Both the position numbers and the translations under genes were made by a program. The notes under the pieces are model-generated. The model worked only from the letters and a program-made list of their open reading frames with translations. It made no database searches and had not been told where the DNA came from. Source: Camelus dromedarius (Eukaryota). From it: 64,000 bases of DNA. The DNA lies in the NCBI RefSeq assembly GCF_036321535.1, contig NC_087436.1, forward strand, positions 20,400,001 to 20,464,000, read 5' to 3'. Positions 13,901-25,050 of the stretch are shown piece after piece (position 1 is the stretch's first letter; each line of letters starts with the position of its first letter).

Positions 13901-16900
13901 TTGGCGTTCCCTGGCTTGTATGTAGGTGCACCACTCCAGTCTCTGTCCCTGTCGTCATGTGCTGTTCTGCTTGCGTGTCTGTGTCATCACGGTGGACTTA
14001 GGGCCCTCCCTGCTCCAGGATGACCTCATCTTAGTGTGGTTACTTCTGCAAGGACCCTACATAAAAGTAAAGTCCGCACAGATACCTGGGGTCAAGACTT
14101 GAACATTCAGTTTGTAACAGATTACATTTTTCTTTTTTATTGAACAAACTATTTAGGGTAGGAAATTAATTGATACTGTTTAAAATTCAGAACATTCAGT
14201 TTATTCTGATAATTCCTTCCTATCTCTATTTTGCCAGAGGTATAGTTTCCTTCTGCAGAGGCATCCAGTGTTTTAACAGATTCTTCTGTATCCTTGCCTG
14301 GGATACTTCATATATGTGTAAAAAATACGTGTGTGTTTATAATCCAGTTTTCTGAAAGTTCTAATGAGAACAAATGATTAAACATCAGTCAGAAGAAAGA
14401 ATGACCTCATCCGTCAAGGCTGGCCACCACAAACAACCCTGAGTACAGCCTGGGTACAGAGGAGTCAGGGTCTTGGCATATGCAGCACACAGAATTATGT
14501 TGTAAATCAGCTAGTTGTGGCTAAAGTCTGATGTTTGGACATTGACCAAACTCCACTAGCATCTGGTGGTAGCTTACCTAGTACAGGCAAAGTATCTAAG
14601 AGGAATAATTTATTATGAATATTAACTTTGGAAACCTAAAAATTTGAAGTAAATGTAGGAAGGTCATAGACAAAAATGAGATTTTTTTCTTAAAACAAAA
14701 TTCTCATTTTTAAAATAGGCTAGAAAAGCATTTTTTTCTCTTGAACACAAGGATACACTTTAGTGTCTTAAAGTTTTAAGAAAGAACATACAGATTACTA
14801 AATGGCTAACTTAAATACACTTTTGTTTACCACAAACTGAGTTTATATCTAGTGCGTTTCTAATATTGCATCCAGTCTGTCAGGAATTGGAATAGCAGAC
14901 AGGTGTGATCCTTTTCTTGTTTCCGTGGTGTCTGTATACGACCTGGCGTACTAAAGCACTGGACGGCAGGAGGCAGTGGATCGTACGTAGACGTGAAGCT
15001 TTGGAGAATTTCTGACCTCGTGACGGATTACATAGAACCTAGTTGTGCTTGCCCCACACTGTGGGTGTGAGCGTGAATTTGACTAGTGTATTCAAACACG
15101 TTTAGAGACTACTGATTGAATATTTAAAGTAAGATTTAAAAAAGTTTTAGTCAAAATTCAGAATTGTATAGCTAATACCGCCAATTGTTTAAGACCATTA
15201 GAATTTGTCTTGGCTTTATTTCTAATATCTAACACATCAATTTTGGATTCTTATTACAGAATGAAAGAGCTGTAATGTTGGGCCTGAGACCTTCATGATC
15301 TCTCATTTTTTCATTTCTTTCTCATTGATATCCTCACTGATAACTGTCTCTTTGGAGAAAAGGAAACAAAATAATGACAGAAACCAAGCAGGATTCCATG
15401 CATGCTTTCACTATGCGGGTGCTGAGAGTGGTGGTGGTGTCTGTGCTCTCTAGGTAGACACAGGTGGGAAGGATTTGCCTCTCTGGCGGGTGAGGAGAGG
15501 TAGGCACCTTTGGGTGGTGGGGCACATTGGGGAGGGAGTATTAACTTTCCAGACACTGCTGGCACTTGCTGAGTCGTCTTTGGAGTCTCCCACCATTGGG
15601 GTTTGGGGAGGACTGGTCTAAGATTGAGGGTCCAGATTTGCTCCCCTGTTTATTCCCCCCAGTACTCTGGGGTTTCCATCTGCCCTATTGGAATTCTATC
15701 TCTTGTATTGTGACAATATATTTTCCCTGTAGGTTTTGGATTTTCATTTCCCACTGCTGTGGAACTGTGAGACATGGTAGAAATATAGTGCTCTTGTTGC
15801 CTATAATAGTTACAAGCCTTAAAAAAAATTAGGGTTGTGTTACAGGTTACTAAAACTCTATTTGTGAATTTCTTGTCATCCTTCTTTAACCAAAATTATA
15901 TTGAAATGACAGTAATTTTATCTGGGCAATTAGTAGCTAGCCTGGTACCTTTTTTCTTCTTTTCAAGTTTCAGTTTCCCATGGTACTGTCTTTAAAAAGG
16001 AAGAGGGTGGTCCTGGTGTCTCCTTTGAACATTGCCGTTTACTTGGAATGGAAAATGAGGATGCTTTTGAGGCCTAAACTAGTAACTTTCCCTTTCCTTT
16101 GAAAGAGAATTCTTGTGAAAGTCCTGGAGAATGGCATAAAGAAAATATACATAGTGCTTACATTTATGGCCTGATAAAAAGAAAAAAAAAATCTCTCTGA
16201 TTTCTGTATCACTTGGAAATGAGTTGTTTTTCTCCTTTTTTTTCCTTCCCCCACGCCCTCCCCCCATTGTAAGTATATTTTCTTGACTGTGAAATGTAGC
16301 CTAGTGCTCCAGGCGCTGCCGTTTGCTGAGCATTAATTAATCAGGCAGCCGGAAGTTCTGTAATGTTACTGTGTAGCTAAATTAGTCAAATATTTGTATT
16401 GCAAAAAAGTTTAAAAAAAAATTTCAGGTACCTAATACATTTTTTCTTTTTAGGAACTCCATGCATTTTGGGGTTTTTTTGTGTGACAAGAATGTTTTAT
16501 TTGACAGAAAACCTGATCGTGAGAGAGCGGAGGATTTTGACCCCACGATTCGAGAATCTAACTATTTCGGCCTCTCTCCAGAAGAGCGCAGGGAGAAACA
16601 AGCTATAGAGGAATCTCGGTTACTCTATGAAATTCAGAACAGAGATGAACAGGCTTTCCCGGCCCTTTCCGTATGTATATAAAAGGGTTTTAATTTAAAC
16701 GTTATCCTTCAGAAGTCTCCCTGAGTTGAAAGACACCTTGAAGATCGTGCAGTTGCCCCTCTTTTCATTTTCATGAGGAAGATGCGGTCTAAGGTTATTA
16801 CTAATTGTGGCAGAGTTGAGGCAAGTAAACTGGTTATCTCACTTCAAGTTTAGTACTTACTTTTGCACTGAAACTCGTTTGTTTTTTTGCAAGAGACAGT

Positions 16901-19900
16901 AACAAGCGTTGGAGTTTCACAATTCAGTTAACAAGGTATGTCAGCAAAATCAGGAAACTCGTTTTCAGTGTTCCATACTAAGCATACCAGGGCCCAGGAA
17001 GAGCAGCCTCACGCGTGCAGACAGGACAGCACGGGCACTGGCGGGGGCCGTGGTCCATGCCATCCTGTGGCGCTGCCCTTGTCCGGGTGGCAGGCCTGGG
17101 CTGAGGGATGCTTCTCTGGTGAGATAAGTGTTCTCTCCCTTTAGGTTTCTGATTCCTTTTACGGGAGTCAGAAGGGAGAACAGTTCTCATGTAGAGTGAC
17201 GTAAGTGCTCTGTGAGGAGGGGTCATTGGCAGCACAGGGCAAGGTAACTAATTCGGGTTGGGGCGCTGGGAGTCCTGTGCCTGTGGTCTTAGATGTATTG
17301 GTAAGTGGAACCAAGTGACCCGAGATGCAGAGTGGTGGTTGGAACACTTTCTTAACAGTGGATTGAGCAAACAGAATTGAATGTTTCAGGGGGCTACCCA
17401 GTTTACCAGTATAAAACAATAAAGTGCCCCCACACCCAGTTCTCTGTCCTCTGGTCTCTGTGGAATCCTTCAGAGGTGTGCGATGCTCAGTTGAAAACAG
17501 CTAGCACAGAGGTTAGACCTTAGGAGTTACTGGAAGAAGTGCCCAAATCCATATGTGAATTAGGCATGGCCTGTATTTTAAGTATATTTTTCTCTGTGAT
17601 ATAGGTTATTTTCCCATTATATTTAGATAATAAAAATTACAAAGCATTTAAGCTTCTACTCATAGGTTTTTATCCTTTTTTCAGTTAGTGAATGAAACAA
17701 CTATAATGTTGAAATAAATCCTGAAATTTTTTGCTTGTTAAAATGGGGCCTTCATAACTCACTGTTTTTAGATAGGCGTTTGATCCTCTCTTGGACTTGA
17801 CAGTGACTCAGGTTTGTCTTCGGAAAACTCCCAGCACAGAGGGCTGAGGTTCTTTTCTCGGCCGTGTGCAGTGTTTACCCGGAGAGTGTTAAAGAGGAAG
17901 GGACCTGCGGTGATAGTTCAGCCGAACAGCCTGCCTTACTCCAGTCCCTGTGTTTCACCAGAGCTTGGGTGATTTGCTGATGGTCAGTAGCATTTCAGCA
18001 GTAGGAGTCCTAGTGCCCTGTAGGGCACTGCCAGTTTGCACTTGGGGCTTTTTCCCCACCAAGGACTGTGGCTCTGCAAGGGCTGCCTGTGAAGGTTGGT
18101 GTGGAGGGTGCTGTTCTTTATGAGAATGGAGAGTAAGTCGCAAGCTGGTTTGGTCAGAGTGGCTTCCTGAAACATGGTGACTTGAAGTCTTATTACTAGT
18201 TTAGGCCGAGTGTCTGATTGCCTAATAAGATTTACAGAGTATATGATATGAACCCTAGGTCCTGTTTTTTGTGGTTTTGGAAGTATAAACAACAGGGCTG
18301 TGAATTTTGAGATTTTCAGTCAGATGTTTTATGAGTAAGATTAATTAGAAGACTTTTGTTCGTATATTTGTGGGTAAATCTTTAGCACAAAGTGTTGGGT
18401 TTTGTTTTTTTTTAAAGAGCTCAGCAGTCAGTCAGTCAGCTTCTCCGAGTAGCAACCCGGGTATCCAGAGAAAGTCATCCCACGTGAGCGATAGAAAAGG
18501 AGGCAGACGGAGGACGGATCCCGAAGAGCGGAAAGATAAAGGTGCGCCATCGCATCATCTGAAGGCGGGTGCTTCAGGTCTGCTTTGGGTTTAAAGTCAT
18601 ATATGGGGAAAAGAGCTTGCTTCTTAAGTGATTAAGCAGTTCATTGTCACGTCTTGCTGTTACAGAGAAGCAAAGAAAGCATGTTGTGTTATTCTGAAAA
18701 CCGTACTATTCACTGACTGAACACGGTTCAGATGGTACTCTTAGTTTTCTCCGTCTCCACATTTTGTTGTTCTTTCCTCACACCTGTCTAGTGGCTGACG
18801 TGGTCTTTTTGGTCTTGATCTGTTACAGATTCTGTCCATGGACATGTTCCCTTGGATAAAAAACCTGAGCCAGGCACATTGGAGGTAAAGCTTTTAAATA
18901 TTTATTGCATCCTTTTCTTCTTTCCTTACCGCTGTGGTTATGTAGAAGGTGCGGGTGATGTCATCACTTTGTAACAAAGTGTTAGGGAAATAGAAAAGCG
19001 GGAAGAAACAGTCCTTGAGGAGAATTCACTCACAAATGATGACCGTTTCCTCTTGAGTACATTTGGACCTATCTGGATTGGTGGAAGGTAGCTTACTTTC
19101 CATTACTCTGTAGTAGATTTGAGATTTTTTAAAGGAAAAGTGCTGTTTGAAACCATGCACCCAGTGAAAACTGCCCAGTAGTTTGATATGATAAAGATAT
19201 GCAGGCAAAATCTGTTGAAGACTAGATACAATTGAAAAAATACTCACTCATGTGAGGGTTCAGTCAGATGCAGGGAGGGCGAATTGTCAGGGCGACCATG
19301 GTTACCCTAGAATGTGGGTCTTTGAAATACAAAATTACGCTTTTTTTTTTCTTTTTCCTTCCAAAGAATATTAGCAATGATAAATGTTCAAGGATTTCAT
19401 CACCATCAAAGTCAAAGAAATTAGAGTGCCCACCTCCTGCAGAACAAGTAAGTGCGTTGTTGCACTTGACATTAAATGCTTCATTTTCTGGGTTTCTTAA
19501 CTCTTTTGTATGATCATTTAAAAAAATACAAAAAAACTTAATAAAAACAAAAACAAAATAAAGGAGATGGGAGAATTTATTCTAGTATCAACATTTGGAT
19601 GCAGTTATGATTATTGTGTAATTCTGCTGTTAGTCTAGAATGTTCTCAGTTTTAATGTAATGTTATTTTTGTAATCACTACTTTCTGGACACAGAAGCCA
19701 TTCTTCTGAATTGACTTTGAGTAAGTTTATATTTGGTACCTTGTATCAACCTTTGTGGTGGGTTGGCTTGAAAAATCAGATTTTTGAAGGGAAATTATAA
19801 ATTTCTACTTGATTTCAAAGAGTTGTCTGCATTCTTAACTATTATTTCCTAGAAGAGAGGGAATTTAATGATTGAAGAGACTACAAAAACACAACATCTA

Positions 19901-22900
19901 AAATGCAGTCCCGCCTATTTACAGATTTGATGGTGAAGGGACCCAAGTTCTAGCAGACATTTTGGTTGCTAGTCGAGTACAGGAGCAGAGAAAGTTCTTA
20001 GCCGTGCGTTTCAGCTAACATCCTTCGTGTTGGGTAGAAAGCATATAGTTGTTTGATGTTATCTCTTTGTGTGAGGAGCTATTCAAAGTAATTCATGGAT
20101 TTCAAGGTGATTTCAGGGATTCTGCTTCCTTGGCTTAAAAGCATTGTGTTGTTTGCTTCAGTTTGTTTCTAACCTTGCCAGTGACTTCTGTGACTTTCAG
20201 TGGGCAATCCCTGGTTAGGATCAAATTTATTTGTGTGGAAGTTTCAGTTACTGTGTTTTTTTCTCTTATGTTTTAGACTTTAGAAAGACCGTTTATAGAA
20301 AATGCAGTTGTATATATAGAAGGCAGGCAACTCAAGGTACATTTGACGGTTAAGTGAGTGTTAAACAAAATGAACTGTTGTCTTTTTCCACCCTGTCTTC
20401 TTGAAGAAGCCAGCAGAACACGTGTCTTTGTCAAGTCCAGCTCCCCTTCTAGTGTCTCCAGAGGTACATCTAACTCCTGCGGTGCCTTCTCTACCAGCCA
20501 CTGTGCCAGCCTGGCCAAGTGAATCGACAACTTTTGGACCAACAGGTTAGATAAGAATTTTAAAAATTTGAACCAACCTGTGATGCCTTCCAAGTCAGAG
20601 ACTTCAAATTCTTGAGTGTGAGCTTGACCTCAGAGCAGGTGGTATGGGAAGCTGCACAGAGCTTCCTGTGGTCCTCTGTGCTGCGCTGCGCTGCTTCCAG
20701 TGGGGAAGGGCTGGGTTCATTTAGTACTCATCCGAAATAGGCCCTCAGTCTCGGGAGCAAGACAGCACAGTCTCCCCCCTTCCCTGACCCCGGACCAGCT
20801 CTCGGGGGCCCCCATCGAGCCCTTTGCCAGGCTCTGTGTCTTATACTGTTCATAGGAGCTGTTATTAGAAGGCACTGATTCAAAGCTCGTTTTCTGAGCT
20901 CATTTCCTCCTGTGTTTCCAGGAGACTCCTTGGTTGATGTAAGAGGTACTTCTTTAGATCGCTTGGGTCCACACCTTGTTACCAGCTCTATAATTGTATA
21001 CCATTCTTTATTTTTTAGCTTAATGTGAAGTTACATTTGTAGAGCAGAATTATTTTTGCCTGTTTATAGTCTTCTGATTCCTCTCCCTCTCTTCTGTAGG
21101 TGTCCCTGCTCCAATTCCCGTTTTGTCAGTGACACAGACTCTGACCACTGGACCTGATTCTGCTGTGTCCCAAGCTCACTTAACACCCTCTCCAGTTCCT
21201 GTGTCAATACAAGCCGTGAACCAGCCCTTGATGCCTTTGCCTCAGACGCTGAGCCTTTACCAAGACCCACTCTATCCTGGGTTTCCTTGTAATGAAAAGG
21301 GAGATCGAGCCATTGCACCACCTTACTCACTGTGTCACACTGGGGAGGACCTGCCTAAAGGTGAGGCCCTTCTCCAGGTGCAGGTTGCTTTATCATCAAG
21401 TACTGAAACAGGTGCGGTGAGAAATGTAAGCAGAGGTCAGAGGTCATGCTGCTGAGTAAGCCGAAGGACTGCTTGGGGAGGACAGCAGAGGTCTGGCTGG
21501 TCATTCACTCTCTCCAGTTCCAGCTCCTGTTTGATTGGAGTATTTTGTATGTTTAGTAACTACCTCTGGCCCTGGTGTCATTTTTTTCAAAAACAGCTTG
21601 AAACCATTTTGAATTAAATCTTAATAACTAAACATTACTGAGTTTTTACATCAGTGTTTGGTTTTTGGAACTGCTCATATTCATTACGTTATACTTTATG
21701 AAAAAATTACAGAAGAGAATGAATATAATACGTAATAGCTGTTATGGTAGTACATGCAATAATGTATTTTTTAAGGATTCTTTAAACATTTTTTAAAATT
21801 TTAGTTTGCAAGATTTCCTATCTGTAGAACAACTGAAAGGGTAATGCAGGGGCTCGTGTGCTCTTTACTTGGATTTTCTGGATAATTTTGTTTTATTAGT
21901 CAGTGGTTTGATGCTTGAATCTGGGGGTAACTGGCTAATGTCAAGTGAGTATCTGGGCTCATCTCATTCATGAGTTAGGTTTATGCTGATTTTCACCCTT
22001 ATCCCCCAACATTTTTATTTCATAATGTTTTAAACTCCACAAAGAAGCTGACAAAGAAGTACAGTGAACACCTGAGTTTTCTTTACATAGATTTAATCAT
22101 ATCAAAATCTCATTTGAAGCCATTTTGGGAACTTGAATGTCAGCATAGATAAAGCATATTGAACCTGGTATTACCCTACAGTATTGGAGCCTGGTTTTGG
22201 TTAGATTACAGTTTTTAATCTATGTTTTATATTACAGGCTAGAGAAAGCAATTCAAGTAGGCAAAATTAACTTTAGAACTGTATATGTCATTTGAGAATA
22301 ATGAAAAAAAGGTTTTTGAATGTATAATTTTAGTGAGTGATTACTATGTTACTTATTTTCAGATAAGAACATTCTTCGATTCTTCTTCAATCTCGGTGTA
22401 AAGGTATTTACATTCTATCATTTTTAAGTTATTTTTAAGTTAACACTGTTTAAAATTATTACAATTTAAATATGCTCTTAATTCTTACTGTTGGCCAATA
22501 ACCTAAGGCTTACTAAATCTCATTATTTTAAGAACTAGCATTTTCAGCATTGTGGAGTTTTTGTTGTTGTTATTGTTGTTTTGGTGGTTGTTGAGGCTCC
22601 AGTATTTGCTTGCTTTTCCCTTTAATTGGCAGTGGTTTAGCCCTGTGACTGTGTTCTGGAAACAGCCTAGTGGAAGCGTCTCTGCAAGGAATTAAGTGAG
22701 AGGTCTGGGTTTGGAGTTCTGCTCCTGCCCGGTTTAGCTGTGCGGCCCTGGGCAGATCATTCTGTGTCTCTGAGCCTGGCTTGTTTCATTTACGAGATGA
22801 TGCCTCAGTTGTTGAAAGGAGGTCACAGGTGAAGGTGCTCCTGTGGAAGGCGGTACTCACTGGCAGAGAGGTCCCTGTGGCAGGTGGTCAGCCTGGAGGT

Positions 22901-25050
22901 GGCGTCTCTTAGACGGAGACTGGAGAGCTCCGTTCTTGTCAGTGTGGTGTCGTCTCCTGTCCTGGATTCATTTCTGTGGATTCTAGGCCGTTGAAATTTG
23001 AAATTAAGTGCCCTAGTGTAGCCTACTGACTAATTCATAAAAGGAGACTTGATTAATTCCCCATCTATTGCATTCATTGCATGGTTTTATATTTATCTAG
23101 TTAACGCTGGGTGTAGCTAGTTGGTTGGTTAGTCAGTTAACTGGTAAATTTGTCTTTGTGTTTTGGTGTTTAGCTGAACCTTTTGCAAGGGAAAGATTTG
23201 GAGTATTTCATTTTCAGTATTTACCTTTCTGTGACCAGAGGTCTAACTTTGATCCTTGCAGTTGGAGTGTTTCAGGGGCTCCTAGGACTGTGGAGTCCTG
23301 CTGTTGGGGATCATCCACTCCCATATCAGCGGTTTTCTGGTAGATCCAGGCTAGGTAACAAGTTGGCATGGGGTCACATGATGAGTTAGTGGCAGAGCCA
23401 GAACACAAACGCAGGTCAAGGCAAACAGCCCGTGATGGAGATACAGAAGTTGGAGGCTCAAGTGCTTGCTTGATGGTGGTGGTTCTTGCGGTCTGCATCA
23501 CCCTAGATTATTTCTGTGCGATTGTATCTAAAGGATGGAATTCATGATCATGATTAATTTGTGGGTTCATTATTTTATCTTTTATCAGACCTCTGTGTCA
23601 GGACGTTGGGTTGGTTTCAGGATAGGAACAAGGAATGAAGTCTTGAGCAGTGACTTAATCTTGTAAATTCCTTTTTGTGTTGCGTATCACAATGGTCTGG
23701 TATTTGTACTGCAGTTTACATGGTCTTTTCAGGCATGAAAAATTTACCTCGAGCCCACTCTAAGCTTCTTTTCTGCCCCCATGCCCCTTTTTAGTTTATC
23801 TTACTGTTTTGTTTTGTTTTGTCTTTTGTCTCTTTTAGGCATATAGTTGTCCTATGTGGGCCCCACATTCTTACCTGTACCCTCTGCACCAGGCCTACCT
23901 GGCAGCCTGCAGGATGTACCCCAAGGTCCCTGTCCCTACGTATCCTCAAAATCCTTGGTTCCAAGAAGCTCCTTCTGCTCAGAATGAAAGTGATTGTACC
24001 TGTCCGGATGCCCACTTTCCCATGCAGACCGAGGCCAGCGTCAATGGTCAGATGCCACAGGCAGAGATCGGACCGCCGCCATTTTCTTCACCTCTGGTTA
24101 TCCCCCCATCTCAGGTGTCTGAAAGTCATGGACAGTTGTCTTATCAGGCAGACCTTGAATCTGACAACTCTGGGCAGCTTCTTCATGCTGAATATGAAGA
24201 GTCACTAAGCGGCAAGAACCTGTTCCCACAGCCATCCTTTGGACCGAATCCGTTCTTAGGCCCAGTTCCCATCGCCCCTCCTTTCTTTCCTCCCGTTTGG
24301 TATGGGTACCCTTTTCAGGGATTCATAGAAAATCCAGTAATGCGGCAGAATGTTGTTCTGCCCTCTGATGAGAAAGGAGAGTTAGATGTGCCCCTGGAAA
24401 ATCTGGATCTGTCGAAAGAATGTGCTTCAGTTTCCACAGTGGATGAATTTCCGGAGGCCAGAGATGAAGACACGCACTGTCTCCCTGACGCAGGTGGGAG
24501 CGAGCATGAAGGCCGGGCGGGGCAGTCGCCCCAGACGCCCAAGGCAGCCCTGGCGTCGGCTTCCATCCCTCCTGGAGCAGAGGGGAAGGCTCATCCTCCC
24601 ACTCAGATTTTAAACAGAGAGAGGGAAACTGTGCCTGTTGAACTTGAGCCTAAAAGGACCATTCCAAGTCTGAAGGAAAAACCAGAAAAAGCGAAAGATC
24701 CTAAGACTGCTGCTGATGTGGTCAGTGGGGCCAACTCTGTGGATAACAGAGTGCAGAGACCAAAAGAAGAGAGTTCGGAGGATGAGAGCGAAGTGTCGAA
24801 TATTCTGAGAAGTGGGAGATCCAAGCAGTTCTACAACCAGACTTACGGAGGCAGGAAGTACAAAAGCGACTGGGGCTATGCTGGCCGGGGCGGGTATCAG
24901 CATGCCAGGAGCGAGGAGTCCTGGAAGGGGCAGCCGAGCAGGAGCCGTGATGAGGGTTATCAGTACCATCGGAACGTCCGGGGTCGGCCGTACCGGGGGG
25001 ACAGGAGGAGATCAGGGATGGGAGACGGCCATCGTGGACAGCACACTTGA
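1935..25050 (+). CDS. OTUD4: OTU deubiquitinase 4, spliced CDS, 5'-partial (18 exons, probably exons 4-21)
   Basis: 18 GT-AG exons join in frame: 3036 nt = 1011 aa + TGA. Translation runs from EWVGQVEISALSLMYR to GMGDGHRGQHT and matches OTUD4 as recalled. Contains the OTU His loop GNHYD and a C-terminal RG/RGG-rich tail. Confidence 0.97.
2672..2744 (+). CDS. OTUD4: OTUD4 exon (KDFIIYREPNVSPSQVTENNFPEK)
   Basis: ttttcag| ... AAG|gtaaga; 73 nt. Confidence 0.95.
3791..3872 (+). CDS. OTUD4: OTUD4 exon (VLLCFSNGNHYDIVYPIKYKESSAMCQ), catalytic His loop
   Basis: ctttcag| ... T|gtaagt; 82 nt. Confidence 0.95.
4215..4429 (-). mobile_element. MER20 (hAT-Charlie non-autonomous DNA transposon)
   Basis: Termini cagggtttcttaacc ... 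gttgagaatcactg; internal aatgtctccagattttgccaaat matches the MER20 consensus as recalled. Confidence 0.85.
5122..5277 (-). mobile_element. tRNA-derived SINE, camelid vic-1-like
   Basis: Reverse complement reads ggggaggagtagctgaggggtaga...gagttcaatcccccagt...aaataaataaa...cctaatcacctc plus a poly(A) tail; A and B boxes present. Confidence 0.75.
5667..5799 (+). CDS. OTUD4: OTUD4 exon (SLLYELLYEKVFK...NSEISDSEDDSY)
   Basis: ttgcag| ... AA|gtaaga; 133 nt; acidic SDSEDD CK2-type phosphorylation patch. Confidence 0.95.
6340..6590 (+). mobile_element. MIR SINE
   Basis: caagttacttaa...ctataaaatgaggata...tgtgagaattaaatgagataac core. Confidence 0.75.
8317..8374 (+). CDS. OTUD4: OTUD4 exon (STATTANDVNGFKALSSDQ)
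   Basis: ttgtag| ... CAG|gtattt; 58 nt; phases fit both neighbours. Confidence 0.9.
8626..8743 (+). CDS. OTUD4: OTUD4 exon (HPKNNGNSPSLPLSRKVLKSLNPAVYRNVEYEIWLKSKQ)
   Basis: tttag| ... G|gtgagt; 118 nt. Confidence 0.95.
8838..8902 (+). CDS. OTUD4: OTUD4 exon (AQQKHDYSIAAGLQYEVGDKCQ)
   Basis: tttacag| ... CAA|gtaagt; 65 nt. Confidence 0.95.
9371..9564 (+). mobile_element. MER20 (diverged copy)
   Basis: cagcgcttctca...gtgattttg...gtgggtagaggctggga...aaagaatta...gagaaactct. Confidence 0.7.
10454..10594. mobile_element. Short Tigger2/MER2/MER8-type MITE
   Basis: Termini cagtcggcc ... agggagactg|TA; internal ggggtcctggaacccagtcccccacggat. Confidence 0.7.
10925..11075 (-). mobile_element. MIR SINE
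   Basis: taggtactattattagtcccatctt...tgaggacactgaagca...aacttggtcaaggtcat. Confidence 0.7.
11329..11423 (+). CDS. OTUD4: OTUD4 exon (VRLDHNGKFPNSDFQGVHSENGPVLVEELGK)
   Basis: caacag| ... AA|gtacgt; 95 nt. Confidence 0.93.
12460..12560 (+). CDS. OTUD4: OTUD4 exon (HSPKNLKPPPSESWNTVSGKRMKKPPSGQNFHS)
   Basis: ttttaaag| ... G|gtagga; 101 nt. Confidence 0.93.
12661..12847 (+). CDS. OTUD4: OTUD4 exon (DIDYRGPK...RTPSQIIR)
   Basis: tcacag| ... AG|gtactc; 187 nt. Confidence 0.93.
12889..13012 (+). mobile_element. tRNA-derived SINE, camelid vic-1-like, with target site duplication
   Basis: ggggagggtagagctcagtggcagag...gaggtcctgggttccatccccagtacctcc...aaacctaattacctcccc plus A-tail. 15-bp TSD AGAAATTAA(C/G)TGAGG at 12874-12888 and 13013-13027. 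Confidence 0.85.
13727..14108 (-). mobile_element. MaLR solo LTR (MLT1C/D-like)
   Basis: ttattctctcgcagttctggag...tcaaggtgtcagcagggcc...ctctctgaaggctct...atgacctcatctta...ctgcaaggacccta. Confidence 0.8.
16508..16670 (+). CDS. OTUD4: OTUD4 exon (KPDRERAEDF...DEQAFPALS)
   Basis: tgacag| ... TCC|gtatgt; 163 nt. Confidence 0.95.
18418..18541 (+). CDS. OTUD4: OTUD4 exon (SSAVSQSASPSS...EERKDK)
   Basis: tttaaag| ... AAG|gtgcgc (weak donor, but required by phase); 124 nt. Confidence 0.88.
18829..18884 (+). CDS. OTUD4: OTUD4 exon (DSVHGHVPLDKKPEPGTLE)
   Basis: gttacag| ... GAG|gtaaag; 56 nt. Confidence 0.9.
19367..19447 (+). CDS. OTUD4: OTUD4 exon (NISNDKCSRISSPSKSKKLECPPPAEQ)
   Basis: ttccaaag| ... 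CAA|gtaagt; 81 nt. Confidence 0.92.
20407..20545 (+). CDS. OTUD4: OTUD4 exon (KPAEHVSLSSPAPLLVSPEVHLTP...STTFGPT)
   Basis: ttgaag| ... CAG|gttaga; 139 nt; tandem acceptor also allows a start at 20410. Confidence 0.9.
21100..21360 (+). CDS. OTUD4: OTUD4 exon (GVPAPIPVLSVTQTL...GEDLPK)
   Basis: ctgtag| ... AAG|gtgagg; 261 nt. Confidence 0.95.
22363..22403 (+). CDS. OTUD4: OTUD4 exon (DKNILRFFFNLGVK)
   Basis: ttttcag| ... AAG|gtattt; 41 nt. Confidence 0.93.
23839..25050 (+). CDS. OTUD4: OTUD4 last coding exon (AYSCPMWAPHSY...GHRGQHT*)
   Basis: cttttag|GCA; contains the 398-aa ORF 23854..25050; TGA at 25048-25050. Confidence 0.97.
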   Translation, partial: AYSCPMWAPHSYLYPLHQAYLAACRMYPKVPVPTYPQNPWFQEAPSAQNESDCTCPDAHFPMQTEASVNGQMPQAEIGPPPFSSPLVIPPSQVSESHGQLSYQADLESDNSGQLLHAEYEESLSGKNLFPQPSFGPNPFLGPVPIAPPFFPPVWYGYPFQGFIENPVMRQNVVLPSDEKGELDVPLENLDLSKECASVSTVDEFPEARDEDTHCLPDAGGSEHEGRAGQSPQTPKAALASASIPPGAEGKAHPPTQILNRERETVPVELEPKRTIPSLKEKPEKAKDPKTAADVVSGANSVDNRVQRPKEESSEDESEVSNILRSGRSKQFYNQTYGGRKYKSDWGYAGRGGYQHARSEESWKGQPSRSRDEGYQYHRNVRGRPYRGDRRRSGMGDGHRGQHT

